Of a DNA stretch of 63,640 bases, positions 36,104 through 48,970 are shown piece by piece; within the stretch, counting starts at the first letter, position 1; every line of letters starts with the position of its first letter. The DNA is from Octopus bimaculoides. Taxonomy: Eukaryota. Where the stretch lies: assembly GCF_001194135.2 (NCBI RefSeq), contig NC_068999.1, positions 52,047,590 to 52,111,229 of the forward strand, in the 5' to 3' direction. Both the position numbers and the translations under genes were made by a program. The notes under the pieces were generated by a model. The model was not told where the DNA came from. It made no database searches and saw only the letters and a list, made by a program, of their open reading frames with translations.

Positions 36104-36672
36104 CTGAGGTTCATAATACAGAATAACAGTCAAGGACTGAGGATGATATAATTAATCTATTCCTATCAGCAAAATTCCTGGCTTTGTGTCTAAGGCAAAT
36201 TATTATCAACATTCTCTCAAAATATTGGTTTCAAATTTTGGTACAAGGCCAGCAATTTCGGAGCAGTGGGATTGTTGGTTATATTGACTCCAGTGCTCAA
36301 CTGGTACTTATTTTATCAACTCTTGAAAGGATGAAGGACGAAGTCAACTTTGGTGGAATTTGAACTCTGAAAGTGAAAACGGATGAAGTGCTGATAAGCA
36401 TTTTGTCTGGCATGCTAAGAACTCTGCCAGCTCACTCTTTTCAACCTTTCTCTCGAAACATTAAGGTGGTGAGTTGGTAGAATCATATGCATGTTGGACA
36501 AGATCCTTGGCAGCGTTTCATTTGGCTCTTTGCATTCTGAGTGCAAATACTAGCAAGGTCAGCTTTGCTTTTCATCCTTTTGGGGGTCAATACAATAATT
36601 AATTATCAGTTGAGCACTGAGATCAATGAACTTGACTGGGCCCCTCCCACAAAATTCCAGGTCTTGTGCCTG

Positions 36673-37050
36673 TACTCTCTTTACTTTTTTACTTGTTTCA
36701 GTCAAGTGACTGCGGCCATGCTGGAGCACTGCCTTTTAGTCGAGCAAATTGACCCCAGGACTTATTCTTTGTAAGCCTAGTACTTATTCTATCGGTCTCT
36801 TTTGCCGAACCGCTAAGTTACAGGTACATAAACACACCAGCATTGGTTGTCAAACGATGCTGGGGGGGACAAACATATGCATATACATACATATATACGA
36901 TGAGCTTCTTTCAGTTTCCATCTACCAAATCCACTCACAAGGCTTTGGTCGGCCTTAGGCTATAGTAGAAGACACTTGCCCAAGGTGCCACGCAGTGGGA
37001 CTGAACCCGGAACTATGTGGTTGGTAAGCAAGCTACTTACCACACACGCC
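36673..37050 (-). mobile_element. tRNA-derived SINE family A, full-length copy
   Basis: Head gtgtggtaagtagcttg..ggttcagtcccactgcgtggca (A/B-box-like), central microsatellite, tail ..aaacaagtaaaa. Confidence 0.85.
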
Positions 37051-38657
37051 TATAAGCTTGCCATTTTCAATTTGGTTTTCGTGCTATCCTCACCTATAAA
37101 TGTTGGGGAATGATCAAAAAAGTACAATTGCAAATACAGCCAGTTGGTATGGGGTACTCCAGGGGATTTCTGAAGTAATGTTACTCAGTAAGGGGCATAG
37201 CTTGGAGGTCAGGGGGTCTCTCCTGTTTGAGCCACTATTTCTCTGCATTGAGAGGCCACAACTTTGGTACTTGCGATTAGAATGTCACAGGAAAGAAACA
37301 CAAGGTGGACTGATCAAGCCAAGCCAACTGGCAGCAGATCTGGGGATAATCCAAGAACGTGATGGTTGGATAATATTCATAGTCTTGATCATTCTTGGAA
37401 ACCCAGCTGGAAAGTGTAATAACAGTTGCTTCTGATAGAATCCTGTGGAGGTGGTGATTGAGAACTCTACTCCAAGGACCCTCACAAGAACAGTGGGCAG
37501 AGAAAAAAGATGGATGGAATGGAAAGATAGTTTCTTCAGTTCAATTGAAAGATTGACTACAACCACCAGGATACAATTTGAGGTAAGTTTGGCTGCTTTG
37601 TTTACAAATCAAGAAACCACAGAGAGGCTCCTAACCTGGATAGTAGAATATTGTTCTCAATATTTTCATATTATTTCAGTGAAAAATTAATCAACATCAT
37701 TTGATTCCAGCAATAATGTAAGTTTACAACTTTGCTTGCCGTAGGTGGCTCGTGCCTAAATCTATTAAACAACAGCTGCACAATAACAAAACTTGCTTTC
37801 CTGTATTTACATCCAAAATGATAAATAAGAGGGAATGTTGGTTTTGTTAAAGTTATGAGGTAATTTAGAAGTTTCTCTAGACAGATATTGATGTAGAACA
37901 AACTGAAATTTATTCAATTGAACCATAATATTAGAATTAAAAAAAAAAAAACAGAAAGATCAGTAGTGGTGGGAAAAGGAAGATGGTTACTGGAAAGATC
38001 AAAAGAATTCTGAGAGAATTAACATTCCTTCAAATCTCTTCATGTATTTTTAACAGAATGAGCAAGTTGTATCAATAGGAATATGAAGTAAAATACAAGT
38101 AAACTGATGGATTGAAAGCTTCTTTTGAAAGCAATTTCCCAATGAATACTGCCTTTTGACGTCAGTTTAATATAGTTTGCAATCGGTTAGCAACATGAAG
38201 CTCATTTTTAACTGCAACCATTCAATAAATTAATGAAATGGAAAGATAGAAAATTTGGCTTGTTTCGCTTTAAGGATTTATTTAAACATTGGTAATAAAT
38301 GGACTACAGAATTCTGAGGCAGTTAAAAATCTTAAAAGCCAGCCAAGAAAAATACTTCCAGACTGTTCACATCAGCTAATATGAGAATCAAATTGACGTG
38401 TTTGTAAACTGAATTTATCAATTCTCATCTAATGGAAAAATTAATTTAAGAATGTTGCTTCCAACAAATATTCTCTCTTTTCCTTTTCTCGCTCTCTTTC
38501 TTTCTTTGTTTGTCTTTATATTTTTCTTTTCTTTTAATCAAAACCCGCTTTAAAGTTACAATTATGGAAGCATAGATGTAGTGAAATAGCACGGAGGCTA
38601 ATTTTTGTACAACTGAAGATGGTTCCTTAATTTAAAATACAGGGAAGAATGGCTTAC

Positions 38658-38717
38658 ATCAATTGGGGATTGGACATAAAAAGCTGTGCTTGAAATTTGG
38701 AAGAACAAGGATTGTTG
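38658..38717 (-). other. Candidate 60-nt internal exon, in phase with the 36103 exon; contains an ATG at 38677
   Basis: aattttag| acceptor, |gtaagc donor; open as NNPCSSKFQAQLFMSNPQL. Confidence 0.25.
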
Positions 38718-39724
38718 CTAAAATTAATTTATATTACGTTAATTACTAAATAAGACAATTCTGAACAGCTTGAGATATTGCCACAAACGGACTATGTATA
38801 TATAAACAGACATGCACATATATGTATACAAATATTTTTCCTTTTTAAACAACAGATAGATCAAAGCTGTAATTTCACTTGTTTTGGGGAAAGAACCAAT
38901 TATTTTCTCTCTCTCTCTCTCTCACTCATGCTTTCTCATTCATTCTCTTACCTTCTTACTCGCTCTCTCTTTCACACTCTTCCTCTGGTTCTTTTCCCCA
39001 CCAATCACCTTCTCTCAAGCTTTTTCTCCATTACTCCAAAGACAATTTCACTAGTGTTAAAACTATTTTCAGAAAAATTTCCATATTCTCACAAATCATT
39101 TGATAAAATATTTTCCGTAACTGTTTTTGGTTTGTGATTCAATCGTACCAATAGGGAAGCAATCAGATCAAAGATCTGCATGAATCAAAGAATTGCATGA
39201 ATCTATAATTCAAAGTAAACATTGTAACCCAAATAGAGTTTCTTTTGAGCTGATACTTAATCAAGTATGTTTATGCACTTCCATGTATTTTTGCTGTGTG
39301 TATTGAATCATATTTAAGTTTTGGGGGAAAACTATCTTTTAACATATTTCTCTATTACATGTAACTAAGTACAGTTTCAAATCTGCATAAATTGGTAAAA
39401 ACAATAAATGGTCTGTTTCAGTTTCTTTTCCGATGTCACAGTGATAGGAAAATGCATTTTTGCAATGGTATGGCATTTTATCTGCTTTGGCAAAGACAAT
39501 TCACATGTCTTATAAATGGCACAGTTTGCGTTTCTTTAAATGGGTTTCTTATGATGCACAAACATATTAGATACACCCCAATTTCAGCAGCACATATTCT
39601 ATAAAAATAGTTTTTAGTACATTAACACCTTAATGTTTAGAGTGGTTAATTCTTACCAAAATATTCTACCCATTTTATGATCAAACCAGATCTGGCTTCT
39701 CACACTTATGCTAATATGTCGTTC

Positions 39725-39761
<37 letters not shown>

Positions 39762-40528
39762 GTTATTATAATAATTATTATTATTAGATAAATTATATTT
39801 TGGATAATTTCAAATATTCAAAGAACCAACCTGTTGACTGCACACATCACAAATGTTCAGTAGATATAGAACTAAGAAAGTGGTACTGCCTGCTGTTTGA
39901 TAGCAATAAAACTATCTTAATAATTTCTGCTTATTTCTGGGTGCTGTTGTAACGAGATGAAAACCTTGAAGGAACTTGGCAATGGAAATAGCATTTTCAC
40001 CATTAGAATTTAGTACTAAAAGGAATGTCGTAATTTATCTGTTCCATGTCTGAATTGAAATTATTGTCTATATTTTTATTTCGGTGTCACGATAGCAACG
40101 TTCTCTACACTTTACCAATCACATTCTTTTGTTATATTTGTCTTTAATTTTCTCTTTTTCATTTTCTCCTCCTCTCTTTCTCTCTCTCTCTCTCTCTTCC
40201 TCACTCTCTCCCTCTCTTTCATTCTCCTCTCCTGTACCTCCCCTATCTTTCACAGATTTCATGTTGACTTTTGATTTTAATGGTCTGATGTAACTATGTG
40301 CTACCTATGTCGAATGTGTGATCTCTCATTGTCGATTGATTAGCCTCTGCTTTTCTGACCAATCATGAAAAGAACAATAACATTGGCCTGTCAGCTTCCG
40401 CCACTATTTAAGTATCAATTCATGCTCAGAGGTTTTTGTTGAGAGAAGTTTCTAAATTCATTTCAGGCAGCCGTTAAAATAACTAATGATAAGACATGTG
40501 TTATAACATATGTGTGTGTGTATATATA

Positions 40529-40589
<61 letters not shown>

Positions 40590-43500
40590 NNNNNNNNNNN
40601 NNNNNNNNNNNNNNNNNNNNNNNNNNNNNNNNNNNNNNNNNNNNNNNNNNNNNNNNNNNNNNNNNNNNNNNNNNNNNNNNNNNNNNNNNNNNNNNNNNNN
40701 NNNNNNNNNNNNNNNNNNNNNNNNNNNNNNNNNNNNNNNNNNNNNNNNNNNNNNNNNNNNNNNNNNNNNNNNNNNNNNNNNNNNNNNNNNNNNNNNNNNN
40801 NNNNNNNNNNNNNNNNNNNNNNNNNNNNNNNNNNNNNNNNNNNNNNNNNNNNNNNNNNNNNNNNNNNNNNNNNNNNNNNNNNNNNNNNNNNNNNNNNNNN
40901 NNNNNNNNNNNNNNNNNNNNNNNNNNNNNNNNNNNNNNNNNNNNNNNNNNNNNNNNNNNNNNNNNNNNNNNNNNNNNNNNNNNNNNNNNNNNNNNNNNNN
41001 NNNNNNNNNNNNNNNNNNNNNNNNNNNNNNNNNNNNNNNNNNNNNNNNNNNNNNNNNNNNNNNNNNNNNNNNNNNNNNNNNNNNNNNNNNNNNNNNNNNN
41101 NNNNNNNNNNNNNNNNNNNNNNNNNNNNNNNNNNNNNNNNNNNNNNNNNNNNNNNNNNNNNNNNNNNGGACGTTAAACGATGATGATGATATATACATAT
41201 ATATTCAAGGGAAAAGATCCCATTACACTGCTAGAACGTGTTGTTTACATTCCACAGCAGTAATTGTTTTCACCTCAATAGACGTCAGTGATTGGTTGAA
41301 ATTACCAAAATACGACAACTTTTAACATGAAATAACTTCGAATATAAAAATTTTTCTCTGTTCTATAAGACAAAATATACAAGTATACGAAGTTTTAAAG
41401 TTTCAGTAGGAAACACACTAAATAAAACAGATAAAAAGTGGCGCCTGCCAAATCAGAAAGATCCCGAAATACATCGTTCATGATGTTATTCTTGTTTTCT
41501 ATCTTTAACTATCAGTAACTTCCTAATAAATCATAATTTGTGTACTTATTCTTCCTTATACACAAATTCAAAATAAATCATTAAAAATATTATTTTGGAT
41601 GGAAATTGAAAAACAATTGGTGTGTTAAGAGGTTTGATATAGGCGCGGATTTGGTATAATACAGGCATAGGCGTTCAGATCACTTCGAAATCGCGGGTTT
41701 TCACCTTCATTCTACATAGTACGAGAGTTAAAAACATTTAAAACAACATTAAGCTTAAAATAAGACATTTTCGATACATTTTCATGTCCAATGTCTTTGA
41801 AAGTGAAAGTATTTATTTCATCAAAAGTAGATGGCTTCCAAACCAACAAGAAAGGGCTTCCTATAAAATGAAACTATTAACTATTGACCTAATATGACGT
41901 TACCATTATTGAAGTTGATGATCCACCAAATACTTTAACTAAATTCCTAATTAGTATGGGTAAAGTATTGCAGCTATCTAATCAGACTTATCGAATGATG
42001 ATGCACAGTAGATGGTGAAATTGGTGACTGTTCGGATAAAAAAATAGTTTATATTAGATTACGGCCCTTACATTCAGTATCCAAATCCCACCTTAGTTGC
42101 TTTCTATCTGCCTCGAGTCAATCAAATATGTTCATGAGTTGATGTAATCAAGTGCAATGACTGAAACAATTATATTTAAAAAATAAAAATAAAAAAAGGA
42201 AAGTTTCGCAACAGGCGATAACTCCCTTAAATCAGCTCAATATGTCTGAAACAAACAAGATTAGTAAACTAAACCGAATTGGTCAGTGGACAAGAAAAAA
42301 AGAATTCTAACATTTCAAAGAAGTCTTTTCTTCCTTCACAATGCACAAATTTATCGAATTTGAGCAATCTTATTAACATTTTTTTATTTATTTTATTTTA
42401 CCGACACAAAAAAAATTATTAACTTCATCAAGTTTCTTTAGATTTTTTTTTTTCTTTTTTGTTGTGGGAACAAGCGGTGAAACAAAAATAATTTCTTGAA
42501 TATGTACCAAGAACAATGATAATTAATCGCCAGAAAGAGGGTTTTGCGACAGGACGAAAGACTTCTCTCTACTCTGTCTTGGTTTTAATCAAACTCACTG
42601 CTCTCTTTGACGAGTTATCTGCGTGCCACTTGCAGAGTCCACATCTCTTTCTTTCGTTTCTTCATATTCGACATGATTTTACAATTTAATGGCCTTTCCA
42701 TCACCAATCAATCTACAATGTTAACAGGATGCATTTTGTCAAACCATAGACACAAAGGAGTTGTCTGTGGCAGGACTGATCAGTTCTCTCACTCTTGTAT
42801 TAAATTTTAGTTAGTCATGGCTCGCTTGTACAAGTTGCCTGCATGCAGCTGATGGAATCCCCTTCTCTTTTGTCTGTTCCTTTATTTTAGCTTTTTTTTT
42901 CTTTCTTTCTTTTTTTTTAAATGGACGTTCTTCCTTTCGCCAATCACTTAATATCATTTCTGGATACATTTTATTGTGTTTCCGGTATTAGAACCACTAT
43001 ATTGCAGAACTAAAATGTTCCCTCTATACTCTTATCTTCTAGGTTATCAAGAGGAGCCCTTGTTAGGGGTACAATGAGAAACGGGAAAGCATAGAGAGAT
43101 GTGCACAGCAGAAGATAGGTGGTGTATTTAAGTACCGTGGGCTTCTTATCATGGTATCCAAACTTAATTAATTAGAGCAAGCTAATTGTAAATTTTCCTT
43201 AGATCAAACCACAAAGAACAGACCTATGATCAAAAACAAATTGTTTCTCTCAATATTTGCTATTCCTTATGACACAAACTTTCACATCATTTCAACAAGA
43301 CATTTTGCATTACAACTAAAGACAACCAGACTTAGGGATTTTTAATAAGATTTATTAATTAAACATAACATATTTCACAAATAAAAACAATTTTATACAT
43401 TCTTATCTTATGTTTTAAATTTAATCATTTGCAAAAACTCTTCTCTTTTCTTCTTGAAGTTTTTTGGGGGTTTTTTTTTGCATTTTGTTTTAAATTTTTA

Positions 43501-43918
43501 TAAAAATATGCTTATAACTGAAGGAAGAAAAAGGTGGTCCTTAAACTTTTGGAATCAAGGACATAAAAAATTAACTTGGGAAGGTAAAAATTATTTGAAA
43601 ATAATTATTTGATTGACAGCAACTCTATGTTAATGCATTTTTATTTTTTATTTATGGTATGTCTTTAATATAAAGGAAAATTTTAATTTTAGTAATGCCT
43701 TTTTCGGGGATGCATGTGTGTGTGGCATAGCTGAATGATAAAGCTATTTACTCTGCAATCATGAAGTCCAGGATTTAGTTATATTTAGTTAAATATATTG
43801 TTACAAATGAAATATATATATCTATAAAACAACACTATTCCTTATAACCTAGATCTGTAATATGTAGGAATCAAACACAAACAAGGAATGATCTTATAGT
43901 CTGAAATGTTAAGCAACA

Positions 43919-44008
43919 TTACAGATTTGCCATGTTCTCAAAGAGTTTGGATAAACGTTGGCTCAACAACATATTTCCAGATACTTTCAGTTTCCCAGAA
44001 AAGAAGGC
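43919..44008 (-). CDS. HSD17B4: HSD17B4 last exon ([29 protein letters not shown])
   Basis: ttttcag| acceptor, TAA stop; PTS1-like ANL terminus. Confidence 0.93.
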   Translation of the reverse strand, partial: AFFSGKLKVSGNMLLSQRLSKLFENMANL

Positions 44009-47000
44009 CTGAAAAAATAATGAATGAATGAATGAAACAAACAAGCTAACAAACAAACAAAAGAAAGAAAAAGAGAAAAAAATGAAAGGAAGGAAGAAAG
44101 ACAGAAGGAAGGAAAGAAAGAAAAAGAGAAAGACCATAGTTATCTACAATAAATTGTAAAATGGCTGGTAAACAATATTCTATCAAACTCTCTCATTTGT
44201 TGATAAACGTCATTTCAAGGTCAAGAAGAACAACTGTTAATTCTTTTGTGGTTTTAAAGAATCCAACACTTTGGTTTCCTTTGATTCTTTCCAGTTCTGA
44301 TACAAGATTGAGAGATTGAAGAAGAGAGAGAGGGTGCCAGAGACTGTTGCTGAACCCCATGTCAGCCCAATCCAGTAAACCTATGATTAAAGACATTCTA
44401 GATATGATCATTATCATCATTTAGCGTCCGTTTTCTATGCTGGCATGGGTTAGACGGTTTCACTGGAACTCATACTGGTTTGGTTTCTATGGCTGGATGC
44501 CCTTCCAAACATCAATCACTCTAAAGAGTGTAGTGAGTGCCTTTTATATGTCACCGGCACAGGTGCCTTGTATGTGTGACTGGTATAAGTGCCTTCTAAA
44601 TTTTTTTCTAGATACAGTCTATGTAGCACATCATTATCCAATGTGCCTCTTTTTAAAGTGGTACAGATGGTTTGAGAGAGATTTGCTATTTGGCTGCTAT
44701 TTCTTAAACACCAAGCAATCACGTAGAGGAATCTTCATTAGCTTATAAACATAAGATATAACAGATACAAGTATGGCTGTGTGGTAAGAGGCTTGCTTTG
44801 CAACCACATGGTTTCAGATTCAGTTCCACTGAACGGTACCTTGGGCAAGTGCCTTCTACTTACTACAGGCTTGGGCCAACAAAAGCCTTGTGAGTGGATT
44901 TGGTAGATGGAAACTGAAAGAAGACCATAACATATATACACATATATAAAAAGTGTAGGTAGAAACTCCATAAGATGCACTCAATGTAAGCTTTGGACAC
45001 ATAAAAGGTGCAGCAACATCAGAGGAAGGTTAACAGGGAAACTAGCTTTTGTATGTGGAAGATGCACAGGTACAATAAATGCTGAAAATGCACAGAAAAT
45101 AGACTCCATCAACTGCCAGGGAGGCAAGCTAGAGGTAGTAGATAGCATCCATTATCTAGGTGACCAAGTTAGTAGTGGATGCTCCAAGAGCATAGCTGTG
45201 AGGATGAGATTAAACTGGGCAAAGTTCAGAGCTCATACTCTCTCAGAGTGAAAGGCAGATTGTTCGATGCCTGTGTGCAAACAGCTATGCTGCATGGCAA
45301 TGAAACATGGGCTATGACAACTGAGGACATGTGTAGGCTTGAGAGAAATGAAGCCAGTATGCTTCACTGGATGTGCAATGTCAGTGTACATGTTTGACAG
45401 AGTGTAGTAAGTATCTTGAGCGAAAAGTTAGGCATAAGAGGAATCAGATATGGTGTGCAAGAGAGATGACTGCGCTGGTATGGTCATGTGATGCATATTT
45501 ACGAGGACAGCTGTGTAAAGAAGTGCTGATCTCTAACTGTGAAGGGAACTTGTGGTAGAGGCAGACACAGGAAGACATGAGACGAAGTGGTGATGCATGA
45601 TCTTCAACTGAGCCTCACAAAGGCAATGACTGGTGATCAAGATCTTTGGCAATGTGCTGTGCTTGAGAAGACCCGTCAAGCCAAGTGCACCCATGCTGGT
45701 GGCAACGTGGAGAACATCTTTTGAACATTGGGCAAAGTGGATGAGTTCCATTCAAGCGTTGGGCCTGATGGACGGAAAGTGGATGAGTTTCTTTCGAGTT
45801 TTGGGCCTCACGGAGGCAAAGTGACTGAGTTCCTTTCGAATGCTGGGCCTCAAGGAGACAATGACCAAGACCTTTGGCATTCTGTTGTGCTTGAGAAGAA
45901 GACCCATCAAGCTGATCAAAATCCCAGTCATGGCAGATCCTGGTGTCATGCTAATTGGCACCTGTGCCGGTGACACGTAAATGCACCCTGGTGTCACGCA
46001 AATGGCATCCGTGTTGGTGGCATGTAAAAGTACCCATTACACTCTCAGAATGGTTGGCATTAGGAAGGGTATTCAGTTGGAGAAAACCATACCAAATCAG
46101 ACTTGAGTCTGGTGTGGCCTTCCAGCATGCCAGCCCAGTCAAACCATCCAACCCATTCCAGCATGGACTACAGACGTTAAATGATGATGATGATAAATAC
46201 ATATAAGTGTGTATGTCTTTGTGTTTGTCTTCCACCACCGCTTGACAACCGGTGTTGGTATGTTTACATTCCCATAACTTAGCAGTTCAGGAACAGAGAC
46301 TGATAGAATAAGTACCAGGCTTATAAAAAAAAAAAATAAGTACTGGGATCAATTTATTTGAGTAAAAATTCTTCAAGGTGATGTCACAGCATGGCTGCAG
46401 TCTAATGACTGAAACAAGTAAAAAATGAAAGATAAGTGTAATAGAAGCACTGTGAGCTGGCATTATGACATAGGAATAAGAACCACAAATATCATCCTCT
46501 ATGTTATCCTACAGCACAACACTGTCTCCTCAATTTTTAATTACAACCCAACTATTGCCAACACAGAAACTAAGTCTAATAGCCAAATCACTATGCAAGC
46601 CATAGATCTATTTCATCAGAACTGGCTTGAAGCCCTGTTAAATTCACTTATTCTCTTCAATGCAATGATCCCAGTCAACTGACGAATCCAGTATATTCAT
46701 TGCAGAAAATTAAGAAATACAGAACATGCAGATGTAAATTACAAATTATCATGAACATCATCATCAACATTTAATGTCCGTTTTTCATGCTGGCAGGGGT
46801 TGGACAGGAATTGTCAAGGCCAGGGGCCACACCAAGTTCAGTAATTTGTTTTGGCTTGGTTTTTGTGGCTGGATGCCCTTCCTAATGCCAACCACTCTAC
46901 AGAGTGTACTGGATGCTTTTTATGTGGCACCAGCACCAGTGCTTTTATGTAACACCCATACTAGTCCATTTCCCATGCCACCAGCAGGTGGAACCAGCAC

Positions 47001-47501
47001 CAGTACTTTTTTTGTGGCACCAGCATCCACACCAATGCTTTTTATGTGGCACCTTCATCTTAGGATCTTAATTCTGTTATGATAATGTATGTATGATGGG
47101 TATAATGGAGAGAGGGAAGAAGTACTCTAAAATCTTGTTTAACATACAAGGGGGTGCTGGAAAGTTCCTGGCTTTAAGGGTATTGCAAAAGGCCTGGTTG
47201 GAGGCCAAACCTTCTGAGTTCTTTTACAGGGTTTAGAAAAATTTAATGACCACTGCAATAAGTGTGTGAATCTGAAAAAGGAATATGTTTAATAAAATGA
47301 TAATTAACTGATCCTCCTGTATTTTCTTTTACCCAAAGCCAGGAACTTGTAGTTGTGGACATGGTTGTGTGGTAAGAAGTTTGCTTCCCAACCACATGGT
47401 TCCAGGTTCAGTCACACTGTGTGGTACTTTGGGTGAGTGTCTTCTATATATANNNNNNNNNNCAGGTTCAGTCACACTGTGTGGTACTTTGGGTGAGTGT
47501 C

Positions 47502-47544
<43 letters not shown>

Positions 47545-48922
47545 CTGTACTCACCTTTTGTGGATTAATCTCTCGCCGAAACAGCTGAAGTATGACATCA
47601 TCATCTGTTAGTAGGGTACACTGAGCTTTCTTGTCTTTAGGGGCACCATGGTATATACCTCCTCCACCAGGTGTCAGGTCTAAGGCTGAAATGATAAAGT
47701 GTGATGGCAATGATTTGAGTACCTTCATAGTATTGGTTATAATATCAATTTCAAATTTTGGCACAAGGCCAGCAGTTTGTGGGGAGGGATTAAGTTGATT
47801 AAATCAACACCAGTGTTCAACTGATACTTATTTTATTGATCTCAAAAGGATGAAAGGCAAAGTCAACCCCGGTAAAATTTGAACTCACAATATAAAGATG
47901 GACAAAATGTCAATAAGTATTTCACTTGGCATGCTAACAATTCTGTGAGCTTGCAGTTGTAAGACGGACAAAATACTGTATTCTCAGTGTTTTATAAGTC
48001 TTGGAGGTATGAGTCTGTGTCTGAGAATAGGATTGACTTCCTCGTCTGGATATCAGGTCTGAATCAGTCTTGGTTTTCCACTTTTCTTTCAGGAATTATT
48101 GAGGCACTTTAACTAAATGCAAACAGGCTGAGGTCAGGCCACATCAGAAAAGTAACTAACCAACATTAGAGGAGTTTATTTTAAATCACTTATATGCCCA
48201 ACATATCCGATATCTGAAAACACAAGACATAGACTGTCTTATGTTGCACTGTCCAGCCACTTTGGCCCCAGTGGGAATGTGGAATAATCCACAAAGTTGG
48301 TAATGTATACATCAGTTAGATTTTGAGATGTGAAAGAGATCAAATAAAACACATATAGCATTATTGTGAATTTAGTAGAGTACTTTCAGTAGTATTGATA
48401 TTGTATTAGAGAAAGCACTGATAATAATATTTGTGGCATCACTGATATAGTGTAAGGAGCATTTGTATGGTATTGGAAACAGTATTGCAACAATGATGAT
48501 AATACAGTATAGGTGGCAATAGTTGTAAACAGAAGCTGTGTTAGTAGATGTATTACACTGTTTTATTACAAATTCATGCTTAGTAGAGTTGTTGTTGTTA
48601 TTTAGTCCCAAGTCAGCCTTTATCATGCTAGGTTTTTTTCTCTTCACTATAAGGAGTTACATAAGTGAAGGAGCTCCTATGTAGTCCTGAGGATTGTTGA
48701 ATGTAAGAACAAAACTTTACTCAGTTAACTTCCTTCTTCCTTTAAGATAGGGAATACACGAACCAATGAGGCTCATAAGATCCCTATTTCAGTTAATTAT
48801 TTTGCTCAAGGAACCAACCAATCACGTTACAACACATACTAACCAATTTTGTTATAACACACGAACCATCCATATCATAACATTACTCAGTCATATCACC
48901 ACACAACCAACATTCATGACAC

Positions 48923-48970
<48 letters not shown>

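Noticed and set aside
37100-37650. Overlapping ORFs on both strands
   Set aside because: Probably an old retroelement fragment; could not be assigned and shows no coherent gene structure.
37671-37901. 76-aa minus ORF as an exon of the candidate small gene
   Set aside because: Weak donor and no recognisable similarity.
42599-42700. Coding exon HVEYEETKERDVDSASGTQITRQRE
   Set aside because: An in-frame TAA lies just upstream with no ATG or acceptor after it; the ATG frame stops after 19 codons.
47403-47512. 50-bp direct repeat
   Set aside because: Identical sequence on both sides of a 10-N gap; a contig-overlap artefact.
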